A stretch of 61,991 bases of DNA from Flavobacteriaceae bacterium (lineage in GTDB: Bacteria; Bacteroidota; Bacteroidia; Flavobacteriales; Flavobacteriaceae), in assembly GCA_013002065.1 (NCBI GenBank), contig JABDKT010000096.1:1-61991 (forward strand), read 5' to 3'. The notes under the pieces were generated by a model. The model saw only the letters and a program-made list of their open reading frames with translations, was not told where the DNA came from and did no database searches. Below are positions 31,385 through 40,077 of this stretch, piece after piece. Position 1 is the first letter of the stretch. Every line of letters begins with the position of its first letter. Both the position numbers and the translations under genes were made by a program.

Positions 31385-32180
31385 TATTACTGAAATATTC
31401 TTTTAATTTAAAAAATGGATTGGTTTTGTAGTTTAGGATTCCATGTACAGCTGCTGCCAGGAGTAAGAGAGCAGCCGCAACAAATGACACATTGGTAATG
31501 ACATCGTGACTTTCCTTGTTTGCAATTCCGATAGCAATAAGCGCCCAAGCACCCACTGCTGCAAATTCTCTCATATTTCTTTTCCAAAGGATTAAGAGAT
31601 TTAATGATGTGGCAACTCCTATCATCATTAAAGTCCAGCTCATTTCAGAAATTCCCCAACCACTCCATTCGATGCTGGTTAGGTAAGCCGCTACGTTTGC
31701 AATGCTCGCCACGGCAATCCAACCCGAATAAATGACAAAAGGCCACCAAACAAAGGCAATGATGGAAATAGGGGCATCCCATATTTCCATGTCGTTTCTC
31801 CAAACGATTTTTAGTAAGGCAAATAACAAGGTGAACATACAAATTAGGCTGAGTAGTAAATTGCCATAAAGCCAACAAAATACCCAAGCCGAATTGGCCA
31901 CGCAGGATAATAGGAACCAACCTGAGGTGTCGTTTACCACCTTTACCGCTCGTTCTTTCTTCCACAAAGCACGAAATTGATAGACCACAAAACCAGCCAA
32001 TAACAAATAAATAAGTCCCCAAATGGCGAATGCATATCCGGCAGGAGTAAAGAGGTTTCGGTATTCTCCTGAAACCTCACCAATGGTAGTATTATTTATG
32101 ATACCCGTATTAGATAAATAATTGATGGTAATCACCAACAAAAACGCTAGGCCATTGAGATAAGGTAATTTATTTTTCAT
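31374..32180 (-). CDS. TspO/MBR-related tryptophan-rich membrane protein
   Basis: LFTPAGYAFAIWGLIY, IYSGWIAVASIAN; about 8 TM helices. Confidence 0.75.
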   Translation of the reverse strand: MKNKLPYLNGLAFLLVITINYLSNTGIINNTTIGEVSGEYRNLFTPAGYAFAIWGLIYLLLAGFVVYQFRALWKKERAVKVVNDTSGWFLLSCVANSAWVFCWLYGNLLLSLICMFTLLFALLKIVWRNDMEIWDAPISIIAFVWWPFVIYSGWIAVASIANVAAYLTSIEWSGWGISEMSWTLMMIGVATSLNLLILWKRNMREFAAVGAWALIAIGIANKESHDVITNVSFVAAALLLLAAAVHGILNYKTNPFFKLKEYFSNNDR

Positions 32181-32363
32181 TTGGTATGATTTATCAAACG
32201 GTGCTTGAATTTTGTTAAGCGTAAACAGAATCTTTTGAATAAAATAGAATCGCTATTTTTTTTGAATTATTAAAGTTACTGTTTTGAAAAAGATTGTGTT
32301 CTGAATTAAGAAAAGTTTAGATGATTTTTGCCCCTTATGGCTTCAAAAAAGAATAACTAATTT

Positions 32364-32371
32364 TATATTTG
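32364..32371 (+). promoter_or_regulatory. -7 box for the terB-like gene
   Basis: TATATTTG 17 nt upstream of the ATG. Confidence 0.6.
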
Positions 32372-32388
32372 CAGTATAAAAATAAACT

Positions 32389-32814
32389 ATGTCTTTTACC
32401 GATTTATTTGAAAGTGGGGAACACAACAGAAATCTAAGTCATTTTGCCTCGATTGCGCGTATCGCATTTGTAGATGGAGAACTAAATGAGGATGAGGAAA
32501 CGTTATTAAACCGCTTCGCACGTAAGCTCAATGTGAGCGAAATGGAATATCAGGACATACTTAAAAATCCGGAGAAATATCCTATACATCCACCCAACTC
32601 TGCAGACGTAAGATTGGAAAGAATGTTGGATCTATTTAAGATGATATTCGCCGATAATGAAATTGACGATGAAGAGCGTGCTTTATTGGAGCGATATGCA
32701 ATTGGATTAGGTTATACCCAAGACTTGGCAAATAAGTTAATTAAAAGATCGATCGAAATTTTTAATGGTGGGCTCGACCTCGAAGATTATAGGTATCTGC
32801 TCAACAAAAAATAA
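32389..32814 (+). CDS. TerB-family protein
   Basis: IAFVDGELNEDE and MIFADNEIDDEE repeated metal-binding pattern. Confidence 0.85.
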   Translation: MSFTDLFESGEHNRNLSHFASIARIAFVDGELNEDEETLLNRFARKLNVSEMEYQDILKNPEKYPIHPPNSADVRLERMLDLFKMIFADNEIDDEERALLERYAIGLGYTQDLANKLIKRSIEIFNGGLDLEDYRYLLNKK

Positions 32815-32818
32815 CTCA

Positions 32819-34330
32819 CTAGCGAATTAATTTCTCGATATTTTTAAAAAGCTCCTTCTTCGAATATGGTTTCGGAAGGAAGGAAGTAGCTCCTGCTTCC
32901 AGAAACGCATGCTGTTCTTCCAGCATAGTACTTCCACTTGCGATTAGAATAGGAAGGTTAGAAATTTCTTCGGAAGAATGATTTCTTATCTTCTGAATGA
33001 GTTCAATACCATCCATATCGGGATAGGCCCTTTTCAGTAAAAGAAGATTATAATCCTTTTTTTCAATTAGTTCTAAAAAGTGAGTGGCATTGTTTGCTAT
33101 CTCAATAACGTACCCTTTTTCATTGTTCAGAAAGGTTTTCATAAACAACATCTGATTGGCAGATTTCTCCTCTGCAATCAATATTCGCTTGCTAATAAGT
33201 ATTCCCGATCCTTTGGCAACTGTTTTCTTTTCTCGTTTCGACTTGCGTAACTCAAAGGGAAGATTCAGCCGGAAAGTGGTTCCTTCTCCCGGCTTACTTG
33301 TCACCGAAATATCTCCTTCTAACAATTCGACTAAGTCCTTTACAATTTTTAGACCCAGACCTTCTCCTAGGGGTTTTACCTTGTCTAATTTGAGTTGGTA
33401 GTAGCTATCGAATATTTTATTTATTTCATCTTCTGAAATTCCAACACCTGTATCACTTACCTCAAATTGCATAATGGCCATGTTGTTGGGTTGTTTATTT
33501 GCCTTGATGCTAAGAGTTACAGTTCCTTTCTTGGTATTTCTGAAGGCATTCTCAAGCAGATTGAACAAAATTTGATTGAGACGCATGGGGTCTCCTTTAA
33601 ACGTTTTCGGCAGATTATTTTCGCTGTTTATTTCCAACGAAACCTCACTACTTTGATATTTCAATTCAAAGTGATTTTGAAGATTTGCTAAAATAGATCC
33701 CAAATAGAAATTTACATGCTTTTTCGTCAACACACCGCGTTCGATCTTTGATATATCCAACATGTCGTCCATAAGCATTTTAATATGGGCTCCAGTTTTT
33801 TGAATGACTTTTAAAGTCTCATGTTGCTCATAATTAAGCTTGGTTTCAGAAAGTAATTCAATGAAACCTAACATATTATTTAATGGATTTCGGATCTCGT
33901 GATTTAGGTTGGCTAAAAAGCTATTCTTAAATTCGTCCTTGGCCTGTAATAGTTTTTGTTCGAAAGCCAATTTGTTTTTGGCAATTGAAGATTCATTTTT
34001 CTCCTGTACTAGGGGGTGAGAAGCTTCGTAATGCTCTGTGAAATCGAAAATTAATAAGAAGAATTTATTCTGAAATTGCAGCAGTTCGATGTCAACAATT
34101 TTGGAGGAACCTTCAATTTCAATATTGACACAGGGAAAGGTGATATTTTTAGAAAGGGAAGGAAGTAAATATTTTATTCCTTCGAAAAAAGGATGTAAGC
34201 TGGTTATGGACTCGCCTTTTTTAAAGGGATAAAGGGCATTGTCACTATTTATTACAATTCCATCTTCAGAAACTTCAACTTGTTGAATACGGTGATTTAG
34301 AATTTCTTCTTTGAGCATGATGCTTTCCAT
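32819..34330 (-). CDS. Soluble hybrid sensor histidine kinase: PAS-like N-domain, HisKA, HATPase_c, atypical receiver
   Basis: H-box LNHEIRNPL, N-box QILFNLLENA, DTGVGI, GEGLGL, GEGTTF; receiver reads LLLLKRAYPDMDG (Asp to Lys); no TM segment. Confidence 0.92.
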   Translation of the reverse strand: MESIMLKEEILNHRIQQVEVSEDGIVINSDNALYPFKKGESITSLHPFFEGIKYLLPSLSKNITFPCVNIEIEGSSKIVDIELLQFQNKFFLLIFDFTEHYEASHPLVQEKNESSIAKNKLAFEQKLLQAKDEFKNSFLANLNHEIRNPLNNMLGFIELLSETKLNYEQHETLKVIQKTGAHIKMLMDDMLDISKIERGVLTKKHVNFYLGSILANLQNHFELKYQSSEVSLEINSENNLPKTFKGDPMRLNQILFNLLENAFRNTKKGTVTLSIKANKQPNNMAIMQFEVSDTGVGISEDEINKIFDSYYQLKLDKVKPLGEGLGLKIVKDLVELLEGDISVTSKPGEGTTFRLNLPFELRKSKREKKTVAKGSGILISKRILIAEEKSANQMLFMKTFLNNEKGYVIEIANNATHFLELIEKKDYNLLLLKRAYPDMDGIELIQKIRNHSSEEISNLPILIASGSTMLEEQHAFLEAGATSFLPKPYSKKELFKNIEKLIR

Positions 34331-34331
34331 A

Positions 34332-34817
34332 TTAAAGCATTTGTTTGGTGATATTCATAAAAACTTCGTTTACATTCTCACCGGTTTTGGCACTTGTAAA
34401 AAAGCAATTTTTAAAAGATTCACTGGAAAAGAAAGTTTCGTTAAAATCTTTGGTAAATAAATCGCATTTATTACCTACCAGACTTACAGGAACTTCAGCA
34501 TGATTCTCAGATAAATAAGACATTTCAGAAGTAATATTTTCATAGGTCTCGGGTCGACCTACATCAAAAACATAGACAAATCCATGAGTTCCCAATAAAT
34601 AGGAATTTCTCGCCTTGTCGATAGAGCTATTACCTTCGATATCCCAAATGATAAGAGAAACGGTTTGATCGCTCACCTCAATATCTTTTTTCTTTACGTG
34701 AACTCCTACCGTAACGATATAATCTTCGCTGAACGCCTCATCCACATATTGACGTATCAAACTTGTTTTACCGACACCAAAGTGTCCCAGAATTACTACT
34801 TTCTTAGAAAGGGGCAT
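34332..34817 (-). CDS. Rab/Ras-like small GTPase (paralog A)
   Basis: G1 GHFGVGKTS, G2 YIVTVG, G3 WDIEG, G4 NKCD, G5 SAK; 161 aa, stand-alone. Confidence 0.92.
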   Translation of the reverse strand: MPLSKKVVILGHFGVGKTSLIRQYVDEAFSEDYIVTVGVHVKKKDIEVSDQTVSLIIWDIEGNSSIDKARNSYLLGTHGFVYVFDVGRPETYENITSEMSYLSENHAEVPVSLVGNKCDLFTKDFNETFFSSESFKNCFFTSAKTGENVNEVFMNITKQML

Positions 34818-34859
34818 ATTGAATTCGTATTAATTGTGCTAGTTAGGTTTACTTCAAAT

Positions 34860-35459
34860 TTAATCAAAATCGAAATCTAATTCTTCTCTAATCTGATTTG
34901 CTTTTAACTGAAAATTTTCAAAACTAGACTCGATATCGCCCAATATACTTAGTTGTTCAGAATTTTCAGTAATATTTTTTAATTTTTCTAGGTTTTTTGC
35001 AATTTGATCTAATTCTGAAACTATATTTTCATCTATTCTTTTTCGCATAAATGTCAAATATTGCTTTTTCTCTTCTTCATGTTCGGCTTTTAGCTGAAAT
35101 TCCCGCTCATTCAATAAAGCCGATTTCTTTTCCTGAGCGGCTTCGTGTAAATGGGCGTAGTGTTGGGTGTAGTCAAAAAGTAACACTGCGAGATAGCCGC
35201 GTTCCTTTTTTATGGTGATATCACAAATGGCTTCCTTCCCTTGGATATCTAATTGAACACAAGGAAATGCCAAGCTTTTATCAAAGTTAGTCTCAACTTC
35301 GAGTTCCACTTTTAAGCTTTCGAAAAAAGGGTGTAGGCTATACAAATTGTCTTTGGTTGTTACCTTAAAAATAGTATCACTACTCATTACAATGCCACCG
35401 TTAGGGGTAGCCTGTATTTCCTGTATTTTACTTGAAAAGTATGTTTTTTGTTCACTCAT
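34860..35459 (-). CDS. Paralog of the kinase N-terminal half: PAS-like domain plus His-less DHp-like helices
   Basis: Shares SLHPFFE, FPCV, (L/I)FD(Y/F)T.HY and QEK with the 32819-34330 product. Confidence 0.8.
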   Translation of the reverse strand: MSEQKTYFSSKIQEIQATPNGGIVMSSDTIFKVTTKDNLYSLHPFFESLKVELEVETNFDKSLAFPCVQLDIQGKEAICDITIKKERGYLAVLLFDYTQHYAHLHEAAQEKKSALLNEREFQLKAEHEEEKKQYLTFMRKRIDENIVSELDQIAKNLEKLKNITENSEQLSILGDIESSFENFQLKANQIREELDFDFD

Positions 35460-35947
35460 GGGACAAGCTTTTTAACCAATTGATTAAATAATTCATGAAC
35501 TCCATCACCCGTTTTAGCACTCACGAATTCGTCTGTTGGAATATCTTTTAACTGCTGGGTATTCTCTAAATATTCTGGTTCAACCAAATCTTTTTTATTG
35601 CCTACAACCATCAAATGAACCTTGGGATAATTCTTCTCTATATATTTCAAATCTTCACTTATTCCAATGTAAGTAATTGGGCGGGTAATATCGAAGACGT
35701 AGATAAAGGCGTTCGAACCCAATAGATATGAAGTTCGTGTAGCAGAAACCGAATTAAATCCTTCCAAATCCCAAATGATCATGGAAAGCTCCTTGCCAGA
35801 AGGCAGAATTACTGTCTTCTTCTTAATTTGAACGCCTAAAGTAGGGAGATAATCAGTTTCAAAAATATCGAGTAAATATCTTCTGGTCAACGATGTTTTG
35901 CCCACTCCAAATTGGCCCAAAAGCACAATTTTTCTGGTCAATTCCAT
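35456..35947 (-). CDS. Rab/Ras-like small GTPase (paralog B)
   Basis: G1 GQFGVGKTS, G2 YLPTLG, G3 WDLEG, G4 NKKD, G5 SAK; 163 aa. Confidence 0.92.
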   Translation of the reverse strand: MELTRKIVLLGQFGVGKTSLTRRYLLDIFETDYLPTLGVQIKKKTVILPSGKELSMIIWDLEGFNSVSATRTSYLLGSNAFIYVFDITRPITYIGISEDLKYIEKNYPKVHLMVVGNKKDLVEPEYLENTQQLKDIPTDEFVSAKTGDGVHELFNQLVKKLVP

Positions 35948-36756
35948 TCTTTAAAAAATTTTTCCAAAAACGAATCAATTTCCTCTCGAGTGAGAGTAGA
36001 AACTTTAGGGGAGAGTTTTTGTGATAGTTTTAGAAGCTTATTTTCGATCTTACTTTCAAAAGATCGTGTGTAATTTCCTGATACGACTATTGCAATATAA
36101 TAACTAAAAAAGTTTTGGATGTGAATGTTGTACAATTCATATTCTATGGCCTCCAAATTTTGCGCACCCCCGGCAAACGCATCTTCAACAAAACTCTTAA
36201 TTGCTGTAAGCATCCCAGATACCATATCCTTGTCAAGAGTTTCGGTTTTACTGTAATTTCCTAATAAGATTCCAGACCCTTTTTGAATTACAAATATCTC
36301 ATTAATCACAGCCGGGTTCGCTTCAGACAAAATAATATCACTTTCCGAGACCCCCGTAAACGTGGATTGTAATTTTCGCTTTAGATTGACGAATGAAAAA
36401 GTATTATTTACCTTCTTATTGATGTTTTCTGAAAGACGCTTTATTTCATTTTGAACATAGCGCTTTATCATTTTCCCCATAATGGGATATAAAGCCTCAA
36501 CTACTTGCTCTTTAGAATTTTCAATCTCCTGCTGTAGCGTTTGAGTAATTACAGGCCCCAGTTGAGTTGGGATATTTTGAACAAATTGATCAAGGCGTTC
36601 AGCCACTATGGGATCTACTTTCTTGGACAGTTTCTCTTTCTTTTCTATTGTTTCAGAAAGGGCATTGAGACGATCGTTAACAGCACGAGCTACTTCCCTG
36701 TCGTCCATTAACAGGATATCTCTTAAGAGCTGTAATTTGTCTTCCTGCTGAATCAT
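35938..36756 (-). CDS. Helical/coiled-coil protein with a C-terminal longin/roadblock-like domain
   Basis: ALYPIMG helical region, then EIFVIQKGSGILLG...DMVSGMLTAIKSFVEDAF...LEAIEY..YNIHIQ..YYIAIVVSG. The CDS is clear; the fold is inferred. Confidence 0.72.
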   Translation of the reverse strand: MIQQEDKLQLLRDILLMDDREVARAVNDRLNALSETIEKKEKLSKKVDPIVAERLDQFVQNIPTQLGPVITQTLQQEIENSKEQVVEALYPIMGKMIKRYVQNEIKRLSENINKKVNNTFSFVNLKRKLQSTFTGVSESDIILSEANPAVINEIFVIQKGSGILLGNYSKTETLDKDMVSGMLTAIKSFVEDAFAGGAQNLEAIEYELYNIHIQNFFSYYIAIVVSGNYTRSFESKIENKLLKLSQKLSPKVSTLTREEIDSFLEKFFKEWN

Positions 36757-36776
36757 GCCGCAATTTCAAAAGTGGG

Positions 36777-37124
36777 CTAGGCACCAATTTTTTCGCCTAA
36801 GCTAATGAGAAGTTTACCAAGCTTTCGCCGATCCATTTTATCATCGTCCAAAGCTTCGGCCTTAGCCTGAAGATTTTGTTCCAAATCGGTGATTCGAATA
36901 TTTACATCGGTGCTCAGTGAATCAATCGACTGCATAAGTTCATTACGAGCCTCGTCGATATAATCTTGAAGAAGCTTTTTCTGTTTATCGATCTCCTTTT
37001 TGAGAGTGTCAAATTCACTATCGTATTGAACGATATTTTCCCCAAAAATTAAATTTTTAATCGCTTCAATTTTTGAACTAGAATCCATTGGATTCTCCTC
37101 GGCTGTAGCTTTCTTCTTTGCCAT
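36777..37124 (-). CDS. Small coiled-coil protein, first gene of the GTPase cassette
   Basis: KIEAIKNLIFGE..QYDSEF followed by heptad repeats and DRRKLGKLL; no enzyme motif. Confidence 0.75.
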   Translation of the reverse strand: MAKKKATAEENPMDSSSKIEAIKNLIFGENIVQYDSEFDTLKKEIDKQKKLLQDYIDEARNELMQSIDSLSTDVNIRITDLEQNLQAKAEALDDDKMDRRKLGKLLISLGEKIGA

Positions 37125-37181
37125 AAATTGGTTTTGATAGTTAGTTAAATATATTAAAAAATTGGGGAAAGTGTAATTTTC

Positions 37182-38222
37182 TTAAGATTTCGCAGCCTGC
37201 ATAAAGGTTTCTGCTTTTTCCACCATTAATTTGCTTCCACAGAAAAATGGCACCCTTTCGTGCAATTTAGTCGGCTGAATATCCATAATTCTTTCAAATC
37301 CGTTACTCGCTTTACCACCTGCCTGTTCTACAATATACGCAATAGGATTGCATTCGTACAGCAATCTCAACTTTCCGTCAGGGTCTTTAGCTGTATTAGG
37401 ATAGATATAAATACCTCCCTTGATCATATTTCTATGAATGTCACTTACCAAAGAGCCAATGTAACGTGAGGTGTAGGGTCTTTCCCCTTCTTCAGCCTGA
37501 CAAAATTTAATATAATCCTTTACACCTTGTGGGAAATGAACATAGTTTCCCTCATTCACAGAATATATATTGCCCGATTCAGGAAACTGCATATTGGGAT
37601 GCGATAAATAATAGGTTCCAATCGCCGGGTTTAATGTAAATCCGTTTACTCCATGTCCCGTCGTATATACAATCATGGTGGATGTTCCATAGATAATATA
37701 TCCGGCTGCCACTTGATTTCTTCCCGGTTGTAAAAAGTCTTCCAAGGTTACAGGAGTGCCCTCGGGAGTAACTCTTCGGAAGATAGAAAATATCGTCCCT
37801 ACAGATACGTTTACGTCAATATTGGAAGAACCATCCAGAGGATCAATCAATACCACATATTTATTGTCGTTTTTCTCGTTTCGGCCTCTAATAGTTATAA
37901 AATCATCTTCTTCTTCACTGGCAATACCACAAACAATTTCTCTATTGGTGAGTGTTTTGATGAATGCTTCATTGGCAAACACATCTAGTTTTTGTTGATC
38001 CTCTCCTTGTACATTTACATCTCCGGCAGCACCTAAAATATCTACAAGCCCGGCTTTATTCACTTCGTGATTTACTACTTTGGCGGCGAGTCGAATAGAA
38101 TTAATTAATCTGGAAAGTTCCCCTGAAGAGTACTTAAATTCCCCTTGATTTTCAATAATGAATTCTCCAAGGGTCTTATTTTTTTGTGGCATTTGTAGTA
38201 GGTTGTTGTGAATTTGGCTCAA
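37182..38222 (-). CDS. fbp: Class 1 fructose-1,6-bisphosphatase (true start probably MPQKNKTL, near 38192)
   Basis: [46 protein letters not shown]. Confidence 0.96.
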   Translation of the reverse strand: MSQIHNNLLQMPQKNKTLGEFIIENQGEFKYSSGELSRLINSIRLAAKVVNHEVNKAGLVDILGAAGDVNVQGEDQQKLDVFANEAFIKTLTNREIVCGIASEEEDDFITIRGRNEKNDNKYVVLIDPLDGSSNIDVNVSVGTIFSIFRRVTPEGTPVTLEDFLQPGRNQVAAGYIIYGTSTMIVYTTGHGVNGFTLNPAIGTYYLSHPNMQFPESGNIYSVNEGNYVHFPQGVKDYIKFCQAEEGERPYTSRYIGSLVSDIHRNMIKGGIYIYPNTAKDPDGKLRLLYECNPIAYIVEQAGGKASNGFERIMDIQPTKLHERVPFFCGSKLMVEKAETFMQAAKS

Positions 38223-38274
38223 ATATCGGGATTTTTAAGAAATTTGAACCGATATTTGCTAGCGAAAATTATCT

Positions 38275-38769
38275 GTGATGAACCCGTTGATACGAAAGGC
38301 TTCGGCCGAAGATATGCCTCAAGTACTAGAGTTAATTGAAGAATTGGCTGCTTTTGAGAATGAACCCGATGCTGTAAATGTTACTGTTGAGGTGCTTCAA
38401 AAAGAAGGATTTGGTGACTCACCTCTATTTACTTGTTTTGTTGCTGAAATGGATAGTGAAATTGTGGGAATGGCCTTGGTGTATTTTAGGTTTTCAACAT
38501 GGAAAGGAAGAGCACTTCATCTTGAAGATTTGGTAGTTAAGGAAAGCATGAGAGGTAGCGGTATTGGTGAAGCGCTCTACGCTAGAGTAATGAAATACGC
38601 GAAGGACAACCATTGCAAAAGAGTGAATTGGGTGGTGTTGGACTGGAACGAAGGTGCCATTAAGTTTTACGAGAGAAGTGGCGCCCATATCGATAAAAGC
38701 TGGTGGCATGTTGGGATGAATGAAGAAGGGATTCGCAATTACTTAAAAGCAAAGGATAATTCAAATTGA
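38275..38769 (+). CDS. GNAT N-acetyltransferase (spermidine/spermine acetyltransferase-like)
   Basis: ELAAFE, FSTWKG..LHLEDLVV...RGSGIG, VLDWN..AIKFYE. Confidence 0.9.
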   Translation: MMNPLIRKASAEDMPQVLELIEELAAFENEPDAVNVTVEVLQKEGFGDSPLFTCFVAEMDSEIVGMALVYFRFSTWKGRALHLEDLVVKESMRGSGIGEALYARVMKYAKDNHCKRVNWVVLDWNEGAIKFYERSGAHIDKSWWHVGMNEEGIRNYLKAKDNSN

Positions 38770-38773
38770 ACCA

Positions 38774-40030
38774 ATGAAAGTATTCAAATTTGGAGGGGCA
38801 TCGGTAAAGGATGCGGCAGGAGTTAAGAATTTAGTTGGTGTTCTCCGAACTACGAACGAATCTCCTTTGGTGATCGTGGTTTCTGCCATGGGTAAGATGA
38901 CCAACGCCTTGGAAGAAGTGGTGAAGGATTATTTTTCGAACCAAAAAGAACTCAAGGCCTCCCTAAGCTATGTTTATGACTATCATCAAGAGATTTTAGA
39001 GCAACTTTTCCCAAATAAATCTCACGAAGCTTATAAAGAAGTGAACTTAAGATTTGAGGAACTAAAAGAGTTTCTGAAATCTAACAAATCGAAATATCAC
39101 GCTTTTGTTTATGATCAAGTTGTGAGTTTTGGTGAACTAATATCCACAGCGATTATTTCGCACTATCTTTCCGAAGAAAATATTAAAAATACCTGGCTGG
39201 ATATTCGGCAGTGTATCGCCACTAATGATTATTACCGGAGTGCTAAAGTAGATTGGGAAACTACACAGAAGCGCATTTCAGAAAAAGTAAACACCAACGA
39301 AATTACAATTACCCAAGGATTCCTTGGAGCCGAACAGGACAACAATTTTACGACCACCTTGGGACGAGAAGGTAGTGATTATACTGCTGCCATTCTCGCC
39401 TACTGTCTAAATGCCGAAAGCGTCACCATTTGGAAGGACGTTCCCGGAGTACTCAATGCCGACCCGCGACACTTTACAGATACCACCTTATTAGAACATA
39501 TTTCTTATCGGGAGGCTATTGAACTTGCATTCTACGGAGCCTCGGTGATACATCCCAAAACCTTACAGCCATTGCAGCGAAAGGAGATACCCTTGTTTGT
39601 AAAATCATTTATGAACCCAGAGAATACCGGAACTTGTGTAGGAAAAGGCGTGACTCTAAGTCCGATGGTATCTTGTTTTATTCTGAAAAAGAATCAGGTC
39701 CTTATTTCGTTATCCTCCTTGGATTTCAGTTTTATGATGGAGGAGAATTTTAGTGAAGTATTCGACCTGCTCCACCGTTTCAAAATGAAGGTGGAAATGA
39801 TACAGAATTCGGCGATTAGTTTTTCGGTTTGTGTGGACAACAAATACAACAATTTGGAGTCATTGATAAACAAACTCAAATCTAATTTTAAGGTGGAATA
39901 TAATGAGGGGGTAACTTTATATACTGTTCGACATTCGCAACCTAATGAAATAAAGGCTCTTACTCAAAACAAAAAAGTGCTTTTAAAGCAGGAAAGCAGT
40001 GAAACTGTACAGTTGGTGGTACAAGAGTAA
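38774..40030 (+). CDS. lysC: Aspartate kinase
   Basis: VFKFGGASV, VVSAMGKMTN, TTLGREGSDYTA, WKDVPGV..ADP, HPKTLQP. Confidence 0.93.
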   Translation: MKVFKFGGASVKDAAGVKNLVGVLRTTNESPLVIVVSAMGKMTNALEEVVKDYFSNQKELKASLSYVYDYHQEILEQLFPNKSHEAYKEVNLRFEELKEFLKSNKSKYHAFVYDQVVSFGELISTAIISHYLSEENIKNTWLDIRQCIATNDYYRSAKVDWETTQKRISEKVNTNEITITQGFLGAEQDNNFTTTLGREGSDYTAAILAYCLNAESVTIWKDVPGVLNADPRHFTDTTLLEHISYREAIELAFYGASVIHPKTLQPLQRKEIPLFVKSFMNPENTGTCVGKGVTLSPMVSCFILKKNQVLISLSSLDFSFMMEENFSEVFDLLHRFKMKVEMIQNSAISFSVCVDNKYNNLESLINKLKSNFKVEYNEGVTLYTVRHSQPNEIKALTQNKKVLLKQESSETVQLVVQE

Positions 40031-40045
40031 ATAATTTCCTTTGCC

Positions 40046-40053
40046 TATATTTG
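40046..40053 (+). promoter_or_regulatory. -7 box for the acyltransferase gene
   Basis: TATATTTG 24 nt upstream of the ATG. Confidence 0.55.
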
Positions 40054-40077
40054 TGATTCCAACTAATCAATCTCCAC

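Noticed and set aside
32389-32814. TerB as part of a tellurite-resistance operon or of the GTPase cassette
   Set aside because: It is a solitary gene on the opposite strand with its own promoter box, and no other ter genes are present.
34332-35947. Calling the GTPases MglA, Roc/COR or eukaryotic contamination
   Set aside because: They lack the MglA-type GKTTN and TVPGQ signatures, have no LRR or COR domain, and sit intron-less in a coupled operon among Bacteroidota genes.
38218-38258. Inverted repeat caaatatcgg...ccgatatttg between fbp and the GNAT gene; ctcaaatatcggg recurs at 61868-61880
   Set aside because: Explained adequately by back-to-back -7-like promoter boxes of divergent genes. 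A single 13-mer recurrence is too weak to call a repeat family.
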